Source: Rhodosorus marinus CCMP1338 (taxonomy: Eukaryota > Plantae > Rhodophyta). Taken from it: a DNA stretch of 64,000 nucleotides. This document shows positions 35,463 through 46,084 of the stretch, piece after piece. The notes under the pieces were generated by a model. The model was not told where the DNA came from. It ran no database searches and saw nothing but the letters and a program-made list of their open reading frames with translations. The stretch covers positions 2,108,001-2,172,000 of the forward strand of contig JAMWBK010000003.1 of NCBI GenBank assembly GCA_029953675.1, given 5' to 3'. The position numbers were made by a program, and so were the translations under genes. Positions within the stretch are counted from its first letter, which is position 1; each line of letters opens with the position of its first letter.

Positions 35463-36548
35463 CGATTTCCGGAAAGTCCAGCTCCAAAACTCCTAGACAG
35501 CCTTGCGCCTCAGCTCTCCTCCTTTCCAGCTGTCTCACTGTCTCTAGTCTCCTCCAACTTTCTTAATTATATCTCCGCTTCAGCTCACTACTGTTCCCAC
35601 CCAAGCGTCCAAACCCCATCGTCTTCATCCATTCCATGGCAAGCCCTATCCGGCAGTGCCAAAACCAAATAAGTTTTATACTTTTTCCAACATTCCCCAA
35701 CGCTCTCCTATCCAACTTTTCACCGCATTCGTTCGTTTCCGTTGGTATTGCTGTCCATTCATTAACTTCTCCACGCCAGTAATGACTGATATCAATCCTT
35801 ACAATAAGCTATTATATTAATTATATAGTTATTGCAATCAATGTATTTATTTGACGGATGGCCGCGCGAGACCTGTTTTTTGGGCCGATTTCCTTGAATT
35901 TGGAGTGACTGAATTTCATGAATTTTTTGGTGGACGGAATAGTTTGGCTGATGATACTTTTTTGTTGTTCGTGGAGAGAAGTCCTGTTGAACAGGGCAGC
36001 ATGACTGGAGATATGAAGTTGCGGATAAGAATAGATCCCAGGGAGTATTGTGACGAAAGCCACACCTCCTGTACGAGTTCCCCCCGGCTGCCGTAGTGTG
36101 TGTCTCTCATGGCATACTTCTCTATGGCAACAGATCGGAGGCTTGCGGTCTTGATCAGAGTAGAGCTTGCTGGCGAAATAAGTTAACATCCCGTCCACCA
36201 AGCGCCGATACCAAGAACCATATTTTCCATGACCCAGGATACCAACACCCGTGACAAGGAGCGCTTAAGTGGTTGCCATAGATTCCAGTAAACCATATAG
36301 AATGCTGGTTCGCAATCGGTATCGGTATTAAAGAAAAGCCGAGCTGTGGATTTGCAAGTGCACGCTTTGGATATCATTGCTTCATTGATTCCTTGTTGAG
36401 ATTCGCTCGGCTGTCCTTTGTGTTGACAATACGTTCAGTGAGGTTTTCTATGAGCCTGGACATGCAGTGCTGCTGCGGAGAGTAAAACCTGAACTTTGAG
36501 AGCGTTTGTTGGAATACGGTGTGGATTGAGTCTACGCTAGCCTTTCAG

Positions 36549-37556
36549 ATGGAAGGCAGAAGTCTTGAAGCGCTGAGGCTTGCGAAGCGAGAGCTCAGGA
36601 AGGAGATCAAGCAGCGGCTGAACTCCCTCTCCAAGCTGGAGATATCGGGGCAGAGTTAGTTTTGAATCCAATGCAAGGCCGAAAGCAATTTTGTGTTGGT
36701 TGTCCTTTGCGGACTTTCTAGAGCTGACGCTGGTTTGTCTTCGTCGTCTTGCTTAAACGCGAAACCGAACAAAGGCAGTGCTGTAATCCGTTCTCTGGTC
36801 TCAGCGCCTGTTTTCACTCAGGCCCGAAGCGTCACTGCGTATCTTAGCATGGAGAAGGAGGTGAGAGGCCTTCCAGACCAGTCGCTTGCGAAACGTGCCT
36901 CCTCGCGCATCTGAGAATATAGGGAAATGCATGGCTTTTTTTGCAGTTTTGCACCGATGAACTAGTATCTGCGCTCTTCGAGCATTCGAAGAGGGCATAC
37001 TTTCCCGTTGTTACGGACGCGAAGACGTGTTCCATGTTGATGCTTGAAGCGACGAGCATGAACGATTTAAGATCGTGGAGGAGAAGTAATTGGGGAATAC
37101 CTGAACCACCAACGGATGACCCGAAAAGGAGGAATGCATTGGACGACGATGATTTGGATCTGATAATCGTTCCCGGTGTCGCGTTCGACTCACGTGGTGG
37201 TCGCCTGGGTCATGGTAAAGTAAGGCTGCGCGAGAAGTACCCAAATAGAGATCATCGCTACTCATGTTTTCCGCGGCTAAGCGCTTCTCTTAATATTTTC
37301 TATCCCGCAGGGGTTTTACGACCGCTTCTTGCAGCGTTGCAGGGAGCGAAGGCAAGCTCATAGTCTTCCAATGCCCAAAACGGTAGCACTGTCCCTTCGG
37401 GAGCAGTTGGTTGTGGAGGTAAGGAAACCCACCGATAACTAAGCAATACTCGCCAGAATTCAACTAAACACAGAACGCACGCTCCCCTGTACGAAGGTAC
37501 CCATGTCTTCTGATGATGTCTTCCTCGACCAGATTGAGTATCAGACCAAATCCTAG
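36549..37556 (+). CDS. MTHFS: 5-formyltetrahydrofolate cyclo-ligase, multi-exon
   Basis: AKRELRKEIKQRL, VTAYLSMEKE, WGIPEP, DLIIVPGVAFDSRGGRLGHGK|GFYDRFL and VPMSSDDVFLD. Confidence 0.93.
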
Positions 37557-40384
37557 CACGCCTTCCTCAAACCACAGCGTCCGCAAGGAGCCATGGGATG
37601 TAGCTGCCCCACAGGGATAGGGTGAAGGAGAGGCCTTAACCTCCATCTAATCCGAAGATGAGAGGTCCAACTCAATTGAGCAAAAGTTAAACTAGGCATG
37701 AACGAGCCAGGCGGTCAACGAGGGCTGGTCAGCCTCTGGCACCAATTATTCATCGACAAAAACCCACCCAACACGAAGACTCCGCCGTCGAAAAGCCATT
37801 ATCAGTCAACTTTCTCCCTGTTCAGTCAAAACAATCAGAACCGTCAACGTATTAAAATTATTTTCATATTCATAATAAATATCAACCAATCGATCGGCGG
37901 ATAAGGTTGAGTGTCAGCCATCGATAATTTACCTATAAAAGGCATTTATCGGATCCGGGGGAGAAGGGGCTTTATTTTATTATATTTTAAATGTTGTTTC
38001 ATTCGATTTGGCATTAAGTTTTAGTCACTATTTTTGCGGGAAAGAGAAATGGTGGTGACAGAGGCTTTTTTGATATGGAAAATTTAAGTCTCATGCTAAC
38101 GCGCGGGAGTGGAGGGGATGGGTTTAGAGTGCATTGGGGAGTTTTAGAAAGGAGGTTTTATGCCCGATTCCGTGTTCTTTTTTTTTTTTGTGGGGGAAGC
38201 GCGTTGGCACGAGTGCAAGCAGTGTTTGGATCAATTTCTAAGACTCCCAAGCTTGCACAGGACACTTCGGGGAAATTCTAATATTGGGGGAGCTGTTTGC
38301 GGTAGGAGGCCAAGTCTCCGATCCTTTCGAGAAGGCGTGCTGCACCTAGCTTCGATGGAACCAAGAGTCAGAAACAACTACATCGAGCTCGATACCAGAG
38401 AAGCGCCGCAGGGAAAGCTTTTGGAAATCCGCCGCGCGAGGCTGAGAATCAAACATGCAGAGCTCGTCGGTGAGGAGAACAGTCCATCACCCCCGCAATC
38501 CTTGCAACCGCAGATTCAAGGGAACTCCACACAAAAATCCAGACAATACTCTTCCTGCAATAGGGTATTCCCAACCAAAAAGAATTCACCTGCGGGAACA
38601 GTTTTGTACTAACGATAAACCCCATCAAGAGCATAGCCGCCCTTCCCCCCCCCTCTTTCCCTCCTGCTCTCAACACCACCCCTTTCCGCGCTCCTCAATT
38701 AAAAACCCTTTCAATAATCCCAAAGAAAAAAACCCCAGTTATCTCAACCAACCAATCCTATCCAAAAGAAACAAAACCCTTCAAAAACATTTTTAAAACC
38801 TCATCAGACGCGGGAAACCATTCCATACCCCCTTCAAAAACAACCCCCAAAAGAGAAAGAATAGAACTTTTGCAAAATTCAATTATAGAGAAAACGATGT
38901 CAAGATCCCCCCTGTAAAACTATGGTTCCAATGAGATGTTTAACAACGAGAGAAAACGACATAAATATATTATATAGATTATACTAAATATGCCCTCTAA
39001 AATTACAATATTTGATAATAATATTAAATAGTTATTGTGTTGAGATTATTTTATTATGACGTATTCATGGTTTCAGAAAGTTGGACTGGGGGGTTAGTAG
39101 TAATAGACATTCTGGGACATGTTTATGGGACAGTTGGTGTGTGTTTTTTTACGGCTCTGCCGCTGGCTGGTGATGAAGTTTTGCTTCTATTTTTCTTGGA
39201 AAATTGGGTTTTTCGACTAAGTGCATTGGAAGGGATGGATAGGAAACTGATGGGGGTTGGATTTTTTTTATGTAAATGTGGCTTTGGGGATATTGAAGAG
39301 GTCTTGGCTCAAGAGATGGATCAATCGAGATTCAACGGTTTTATTCATGTCGAACAGAAGGAACAACTTCTCTCTCCGTTTGGTGGGAAGGAGAGCTGGG
39401 TTCCCCATCACGCTGGGTACAGTCCCGCTACCCCGCCCTAGTTCCCCTCAACCAAAAAGTAAGGAAAGAAAGAGAGGGCGATCCCCGTGTCACGGGACTT
39501 TCTGCGGGCCCGCCTCTTGAGCTGGAGTGTTTTTTATTTTATTGCAAGTCATACAGTCGATGGTAAAACGCCTCCCGAGCAGGGGATCAGTTTTTCATTT
39601 GGATAAAAACCAAAAGCTGTTTTAGACACGCGGAGAGAGATATATATATATAAGGCGACCGCAAGGAGGAAGAAGGGGTGGTACTGTTTGGTTCTCCTCA
39701 GACAGGAAAAGGTGCTTTTCTTCTTGGACCAAAACTGGAATTCCTTTCTTGCTTTGCATCGACTTTGCTATTGAACCCGCATCAGTGTTTTTGGATACTC
39801 AACAAAGGTTTGGTGGGGGGTGACTTTATAAAGGCTGGCCAGACAAAAAAACAAACAGTTTTGGCGCAGGTTTTTATTTAACAGTTTTGTATGAGTTTTT
39901 TTTTTTCTCTCTTTTTGCTCAGTGTTCGGAGGTAGTTTTTGGGGTTGGCAAAAAGAACGAAGTTGTTGTTTTTTTTTTCCACCCGCCCCGAACTGTACAA
40001 ACGAGAAGTTAGTGAGGGAAACAGAAACACCACTCGCGCGCGCGGGGGGGTGTCTAGGAGTGGGAGGGAGGGGACTGGGTATTGTGTGTGTATTGGGTAG
40101 GAAATAAAGTTTTTAGCCTGGTTTTTAGATGGGTTTATAAGCGGATGGGTAGCTGGACATGTGATTGATAGACAGCATAGAGCTTGAGAGGGTTTTAGAG
40201 GAAGACGGCGAGGATTTGTCAGTTGTTTGGTTTTTTGTGATCTGATGATGGGTGTCAGTGTTTGACGGCAAGCGGCTGATCAGGTGATCATCTTGAGATT
40301 CTGCGTTGTAGAGGAGGTCTCAGAAGGTCGAGTTTGGGGTGGGGAGGGGTGAATGAGGGAGTTCTGAAGCGCGTTTGCTGGAAC

Positions 40385-41473
40385 ATGGGTGATGACGATC
40401 TGTTCGCTATTGAAGGTGCCTTCACCGAGACGATGGGAATGGACGATGAAAACCTGTTCTCAGACGAGGAGCCCACCCAAGAAGGGGAGCGTATTGTAGA
40501 CGAATCAAGCCAGGACCTAGCGATCGCGCCCTCAGACTCAGCAATCAGCGGCAAACCAGCAGTTAGAGCTGTTTGGGAGGCAGCGGTCGCGTATGCAAAG
40601 CAGTTGTCACAGAAGCGCGTGACAAGCAACACTACGACAGAGTACCGGGATACAATCTTCCCGAACCCTTTCGACGTGATAGAGGCGAAAAGGAAGAGAC
40701 TGAGTAGGACGAACAATATCGGGTCCGAGCGTGCTGTTGTGGCTAGGAGACGTCGACCATCCAAGACAACCAGGCTTGAAGGGAGAAGGACTGGGAAATC
40801 ACCATCGTCGCTTCCTGCAAAAGCGCTCAGATCACCCTCTTTGGAGTACGCTGAACATCCATATAGCCACAAAAACAACCTCGCCAGTCCAAGTGGATCA
40901 ATCCCGAACCCCGACAAAGGAGTCCTGACAAGCCTCCATCTCATTCGGATCTATAGGTGTGCAGCAAGCGATTCACATCAATCGTCCCGTCGATCGAAAA
41001 GTAGAAAACGACACAGAAGCGAGGCCGAGGATCTGCCGGACACAAGGTAAGCCTTCTAGCTTTTCGTATACTTCACGAGAACGCTAGAGCGGTAGGTGAG
41101 CGACTGACGTGGGCAAATCTTTTCGATACGATAGCCGTCCGAAAACCATGATCAACCTTCCAGCGGAGGATTGTAACAGAAAGGCTGAGGGGAGGGCGGA
41201 GGAGGAGGATGGATCTGAATACCAAATAGGTGGTGGTGACCAAGGATTGGATGGGTTCTGCCGGAGCCATCTCTTCGGTATCGGACCACTAACAAAATCT
41301 GCGCCAGATGCTCTGGAGAATACTAACGGTTTTGATTACGACTATGAGGTAGGATTCTCCGTTCAGTACAAGCGCACGGTTTCCATAATGTCGCAGGTCC
41401 AATAGCAGACGCTAACCTTCCATCGCTGTGTCATCGTTTCCAGAACTTGCTAAACGAGGAATGCGGCGACTAG
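40385..41473 (+). CDS. Hypothetical low-complexity protein (acidic N-terminus, basic middle), about 3 exons
   Basis: Long ORF 40334-41050 ends at a GTAAGC donor. A second exon-like ORF runs to a GTAGGA donor. A GCTAAC branch point and CAG acceptor precede NLLNEECGD-TAG. No recognisable domain. Confidence 0.55.
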
Positions 41474-41768
41474 ACTTCTTCGCTTTCCCTAGTTACAAGT
41501 GTTTGTGATTTGTACGTAGCGTTAACAACATGTCTAAAGAGAACCAAATACTGAGATTCACAAAAAAATCAATGTACATCACCTGCGATATGGATGCGCT
41601 AAAAACAAGCGGTTAAAAGCGAAAAAAAAATGCTCAAGTCTATGCAAAGGATGAGATGTCTTCAGGGAACAAAACAGTCCCAGGCGCGAACCAACTGGTG
41701 CAGAGAGTGATCTTCCTCTAGAGCATGTGCTTTTCTACTAGTCTTTCCAATACGGCATGATGCTACAG

Positions 41769-43316
41769 CTATCCGTCAAGCTCTTGGACGAGCAAGAGAT
41801 CCTCCAGGAACGAGGCGAGCTCGGGGTGAGGCTGCAACTTCAGTGCAGCGCGTAGCGGCTGACAAATCTTCTTCAGCTCCTTCAAATCAACACTCGGACC
41901 ACCAGGGGATCGAGTCTCGAGAAGTCTATGAACAGTTTCAAGGGCCATCAAGCCCGTCAGCATATCTCGTTCAGAGCTCCGTGATCCTTTTGCTACCAAA
42001 GCGCATAACTGAGCCAAGCGCACGTGTACTTCTTTGTTCCTCAGGGTTCCTCGATTAGCACCCTGGGAAACTAACAGGAACCCCGGCGTCAGGATCTCCA
42101 GATTATCTAAGTCGACTATTTCAGATAGTTGGCCCATGCACCTCGCACTCTCCTTCTCCAGAGCTGGGATCTCGAGCACGAGAAATGCACAGAGCACTCT
42201 ACCAGCAGCGAGAGCGAGTTGATTTCGAACGGTCGAATTATGACCTTCCTGAAGGCTCTCCTGGACTGCATCCACAAACTCGAGGAGCACCCCGATAGCG
42301 TCCACAAGAACTTTCATAACCCCCACTTCAGCTCGTTCTGCTTCTGAAAGCTCGGTAGATGACTCGACAAGGTTCCCTTCGAGCTCCCGGTAGGTCTCCA
42401 CGATACTCTCCATGACCTCGAAACAGAGCATACACATTTGAAGGTTGTCCGAAACCCTTTCGTCTGAGAGACTCAGATTCTCCAGGGTCAGGTCTCCATC
42501 CGGCGTGGTTTCCTTATACATTACAAAGTCCTTCATCCGGACGCGAAGCTCGACTTCGACGAGCCTCAGCGCTAGTTCAATGGCCTTCAGATCATCCAGG
42601 TCACTGTATCCAATATTATCGGCTTTCAGAGCTGCTTTGAGGAGCTCAAACGCTCCTCTTCGAGCTGCAGGTCCAGGGTTTTTGGTCATAACCTTGACAA
42701 GCCCCTGTCCAAAGCTAGTGCTTGCTTGCATGTTCACACACGTGACGCCAACACTCAGTAGTCGCTTCAAGACTTCATCGCTAGTGCCATCCTTCGAACT
42801 CTCCTCCAGTATCTTCTGAAGACCGCTGATGAACTTCGATCGATTGGCAGCTTTCAAGCAATCCAAGTTTTCGGAGAGCAGAGTTGCCAGAAGGACGCAG
42901 TCTTCCGTTCTCGGCTTTTCCGAGTCCGAGAATGCTGTCCACAGCTCTACAACTTCATTGTTGAGTAGCTGCGAAAGCTGGGACTTGCTAACGCGCTTGG
43001 ACAGCCTCACAAAGAGCACAACGAGCGCCTCGTGGTCATCCTTTGAGATATCGGCCGTCTTAGCCACGTTCAGGGCGCTGTCGATGTACCGAGATTCAAA
43101 TTTGGCCAGCGCAGAAGCGACATTTAGGGACAGATACCTCAATGATGCGTTCGTTGCCAGTCCATCTCCCACGCCTCGAGGGAGCGAGTCCAGAACTCGC
43201 TCTAACACTGAAGACGGGGGGTCCTTCTCAAGAATTTCAACCGCGATTACAAGACCCGCAACGACCTTCTTGTCGTCCCTCGATCGGAGCAACTGTTCCG
43301 CCTCTTCTACACTCAT
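41769..43316 (-). CDS. Neurochondrin-like ARM/HEAT-repeat protein, intronless
   Basis: AEQLLRSRDDKKVVAGLVIAV, LALRLVEVELRVRM, LCFEVMESIV and LAAGRVLCAFL follow the neurochondrin motif order; all-helical, about 515 aa. Confidence 0.65.
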   Translation of the reverse strand: MSVEEAEQLLRSRDDKKVVAGLVIAVEILEKDPPSSVLERVLDSLPRGVGDGLATNASLRYLSLNVASALAKFESRYIDSALNVAKTADISKDDHEALVVLFVRLSKRVSKSQLSQLLNNEVVELWTAFSDSEKPRTEDCVLLATLLSENLDCLKAANRSKFISGLQKILEESSKDGTSDEVLKRLLSVGVTCVNMQASTSFGQGLVKVMTKNPGPAARRGAFELLKAALKADNIGYSDLDDLKAIELALRLVEVELRVRMKDFVMYKETTPDGDLTLENLSLSDERVSDNLQMCMLCFEVMESIVETYRELEGNLVESSTELSEAERAEVGVMKVLVDAIGVLLEFVDAVQESLQEGHNSTVRNQLALAAGRVLCAFLVLEIPALEKESARCMGQLSEIVDLDNLEILTPGFLLVSQGANRGTLRNKEVHVRLAQLCALVAKGSRSSERDMLTGLMALETVHRLLETRSPGGPSVDLKELKKICQPLRAALKLQPHPELASFLEDLLLVQELDG

Positions 43317-43902
43317 GCTTTTTCCGCTCTTGTTCACTGAACGGCGTGGTCTATTGCAGTCCATAGCTTACGTCCGCCGCTCCCCGCAGAGTTCAACTTT
43401 TACAGCAAGCGCATCATTGCAGTGTGGTAGATCTTCCAGAGAATTTCATGGAATCCCAGCTCCTCTAGAATCTAGAGCCCCGGCAACAAGCTCTATACGG
43501 TAGCAGACCTCAAGCAGTCACTAATCAAGGCTCTCCTCATAAACCTTTGCTGTGCACTACCGGGACATCGATAGAGTGGGTCAACGACGCCAGGGGAAAC
43601 CCAGAAATGTGGTCTGGAGAAATGTGGTCTGGAGCTAGATACGACCAAGCGAAGAGGGCAGCTGCCAGCGGAGGCGTTTTCTGTCCCGATGCAAGACGCC
43701 TAGTCGAAAATTTTCTGTATTTCTCTTGGGCCATGTGGTTGTAACATCGGCCTGTTTCAGACCGACATGTGCTGTCAGGATTTGGTCGGGCACGGAACGG
43801 TCGCATTTTCGGGTACGACGGAGAACGCTTCTGACACTAAATGGTGGTTTTTACTAGGACATGAGTTGGTACCATCGGCCAGTCCTACTCGTAGGCCGTA
43901 CT

Positions 43903-44766
43903 TCAGAGCTTTCCTCGGAAGAGATCATATCCTATTTGGTGCCAAAGGGGTTGGAGTAAGTTCTTCACGTAGGTCTTCATCGCCTCTGTTGATGTTGCTG
44001 AAGCCCGAATGAGAGTGATTGGATGGTCGACGGGAAAATTTGTAGAGATGGTTGAAAGCGAGGCCACGACATCTCGAGTCTTCGTGCTGGGCCGAATGGA
44101 ATCGAGCTGGATCTTCTCCTGTGCGTGCTGAATGCACTTCTCGGTTTTGGGGCCGACAAGGAGGAGCGTGAAGATCACGTCGAAACGTCCCATGCGACTT
44201 TGTAAACTCCCGGAGCTGTTTTCCAGCACCATCCTGTCGTGAAGCAGCTGAGTTCCGCCCAGCTTGAGATTAATCTCCGATTCAAACAAGTCGAACTGCC
44301 ATCGCTCGCCCATAGCACTTCTCCCAGACGTGAACCAATCCACAAAGACCAGAGAGCCACCAATGGAGACGTTGAGGTCGAAAAGCTGGGAATAGACCGC
44401 CTTCGCGAAACAGACTGTGGGATCTGGAAAAATTACCGCAAATCCGCCATCCTCGATCGAAAGACAAAGCGTCTGACAAGTTTTGGCGTCCAAATCTTCA
44501 GGCTTCCGGTAGACTTTCGTTGAGCTCTGGGTTGTAAGGGCGAGGCCGGAACCGGTCTTCACGACAACATCCATGAGAATGACGTCTCCAGCCACCAAAC
44601 CACCGCCGTATGTAACAAGATAAGCCAAGAGATAGCCTTCTCGGCTGGTCAAAGTAATCCATTTAGACGGATATCCGGCGACAGCGGTTATAGCGGTACT
44701 CTTCCCTCGTGCCAAGTGAACGACGAGACGATCACGATGTGAAGAGCTTAGAGTAGAGCCTATCAT
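43903..44766 (-). CDS. ureD: Urease accessory protein UreD
   Basis: YPSKW, YLVTYGGGLVAGD, LTTQSSTKVYRK, FPDPTVCFAKAVYSQ, VDWFTSGRSAMGERWQF, LLHDRMVL and TLLLVGP. Confidence 0.95.
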   Translation of the reverse strand: MIGSTLSSSHRDRLVVHLARGKSTAITAVAGYPSKWITLTSREGYLLAYLVTYGGGLVAGDVILMDVVVKTGSGLALTTQSSTKVYRKPEDLDAKTCQTLCLSIEDGGFAVIFPDPTVCFAKAVYSQLFDLNVSIGGSLVFVDWFTSGRSAMGERWQFDLFESEINLKLGGTQLLHDRMVLENSSGSLQSRMGRFDVIFTLLLVGPKTEKCIQHAQEKIQLDSIRPSTKTRDVVASLSTISTNFPVDHPITLIRASATSTEAMKTYVKNLLQPLWHQIGYDLFRGKL

Positions 44767-45448
44767 GGCAGCTTTGGAATATTTCCACTAGTGGTGAGCT
44801 AACATAGGCGTCGTCCACTGAAAGACCGGCAAACTCAGAGAGAAGACACTCTGCTTTCCCGTACAGAGAGCTTTGAACTCTCTGTGCCTCAAAGGTTCCG
44901 ACTATTCCGAGCCTCACTGCGGCGGAGATGACACCCCGTAGGGTGATGAAGAGGAAGAGCCGTTGGGTTTCTCCAAAATTGACCCCAAGCGCCCCACAGG
45001 CATACCCAAAAACAACGGGAAAGTGTCCACAAAGTCTCTTCTCCTTCACTAGTCGCCTCAGCGTGCTGCTGACCTCGGCGGTCTCTGGCAACGTCCTAAC
45101 AGCCGCGAGGAAGGCCAATCCTTGTGCGATTGACGCCCTTCTTCCCACCGCGTTCCCGGCAACCAGTAGATCTAATCGCCGGTCCAACTCGATAGCCCCA
45201 GGACAAACCTCCAGTTGTACCTCCCGGCTACCCGTCCCAAAGTCACTATACGCGGTGCTTACGAAAGGCAAGCCGGAAGTAGCAACATTTCGAACAATTT
45301 CGAGCGTGTACTCGCCGAGATCCTCGATCTCACCAAGCTGTTGTGCTGCTTCAAGTCCAACAGAATGCGAAAAGCCTCCAACCGGGAATGCAGAATCAGC
45401 CAACTGCCATAACAACCATTTGCTACTGTCACTTCGTCCTTCAATCAT
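44732..45448 (-). CDS. ureF: Urease accessory protein UreF
   Basis: WLLWQLADSAFPVGGFSHSVGLEAA, RRASIAQGLAFL, GHFPVVFG, LRGVISAAVRLGIVG and the C-terminal CHDRLYSKLFTS*. First ATG is at 45448. Confidence 0.95.
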   Translation of the reverse strand: MIEGRSDSSKWLLWQLADSAFPVGGFSHSVGLEAAQQLGEIEDLGEYTLEIVRNVATSGLPFVSTAYSDFGTGSREVQLEVCPGAIELDRRLDLLVAGNAVGRRASIAQGLAFLAAVRTLPETAEVSSTLRRLVKEKRLCGHFPVVFGYACGALGVNFGETQRLFLFITLRGVISAAVRLGIVGTFEAQRVQSSLYGKAECLLSEFAGLSVDDAYVSSPLVEIFQSCHDRLYSKLFTS

Positions 45449-46084
45449 CACCTTGAGGACCGATCTAATCCCTTTCGGAGCTCGGATTCCTCACCTCACA
45501 CTATTCAGGAGACTAGATCCGCTTTCCCAGCGTCCCAATACTCGATGTAGTTGGCGGTCCAATCGGATTGTTGTCCATGACTCAATGGACTTTTCTGGTC
45601 TGCCTTTTCACGACCGGTACCCTGTTTTGTCCTCTAAAAAGTTGCGAGGTGATGATGAAGGCCATTATGGGTAGCACTCGAGTACTCGGTTGCAATGTGG
45701 ATTGCCCAGATCAACCCGCCAACCCAGTCCAGGGCGAAAAATTTCATAAGGGAGCTTGTAGTTGCGCGTAAGCGGTTTTCGTCAGTGCGGACCATCGCCC
45801 AGCGACACTGCGATATAAGCTAGAGATCTGCATACGTCTTTGGTGGAAATCCGATAGTGGTATCAAATCAAGTTATTCTCATTTACATTTCCAGGGTCAC
45901 TCATCTGCTTCTCCCAAGTCAGACTTGGAAAATCAAGTCCGACATCAATCTTGGAACAAAGAAAAGCCGAACAACTGGAAAAAGACAAAAAGGAGTAAAA
46001 ATATATAGATACTTGAAAGTCTGTATAGATATCAGTGCACCGAGTGGTGTTTCAGTTTCAGTCCCAGTCCACATGGCTAGGACC

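Noticed and set aside
43603-43634. 15-nt tandem duplication AGAAATGTGGTCTGG x2
   Set aside because: Only two copies; ordinary slippage and not a CRISPR or array.
44928-45674. Long antisense ORFs overlapping real genes (also 40288-40944, 42829-43503, 26899-28428, 30015-30584, 53533-54126)
   Set aside because: These are antisense shadows of well-supported opposite-strand CDSs, with no domains.
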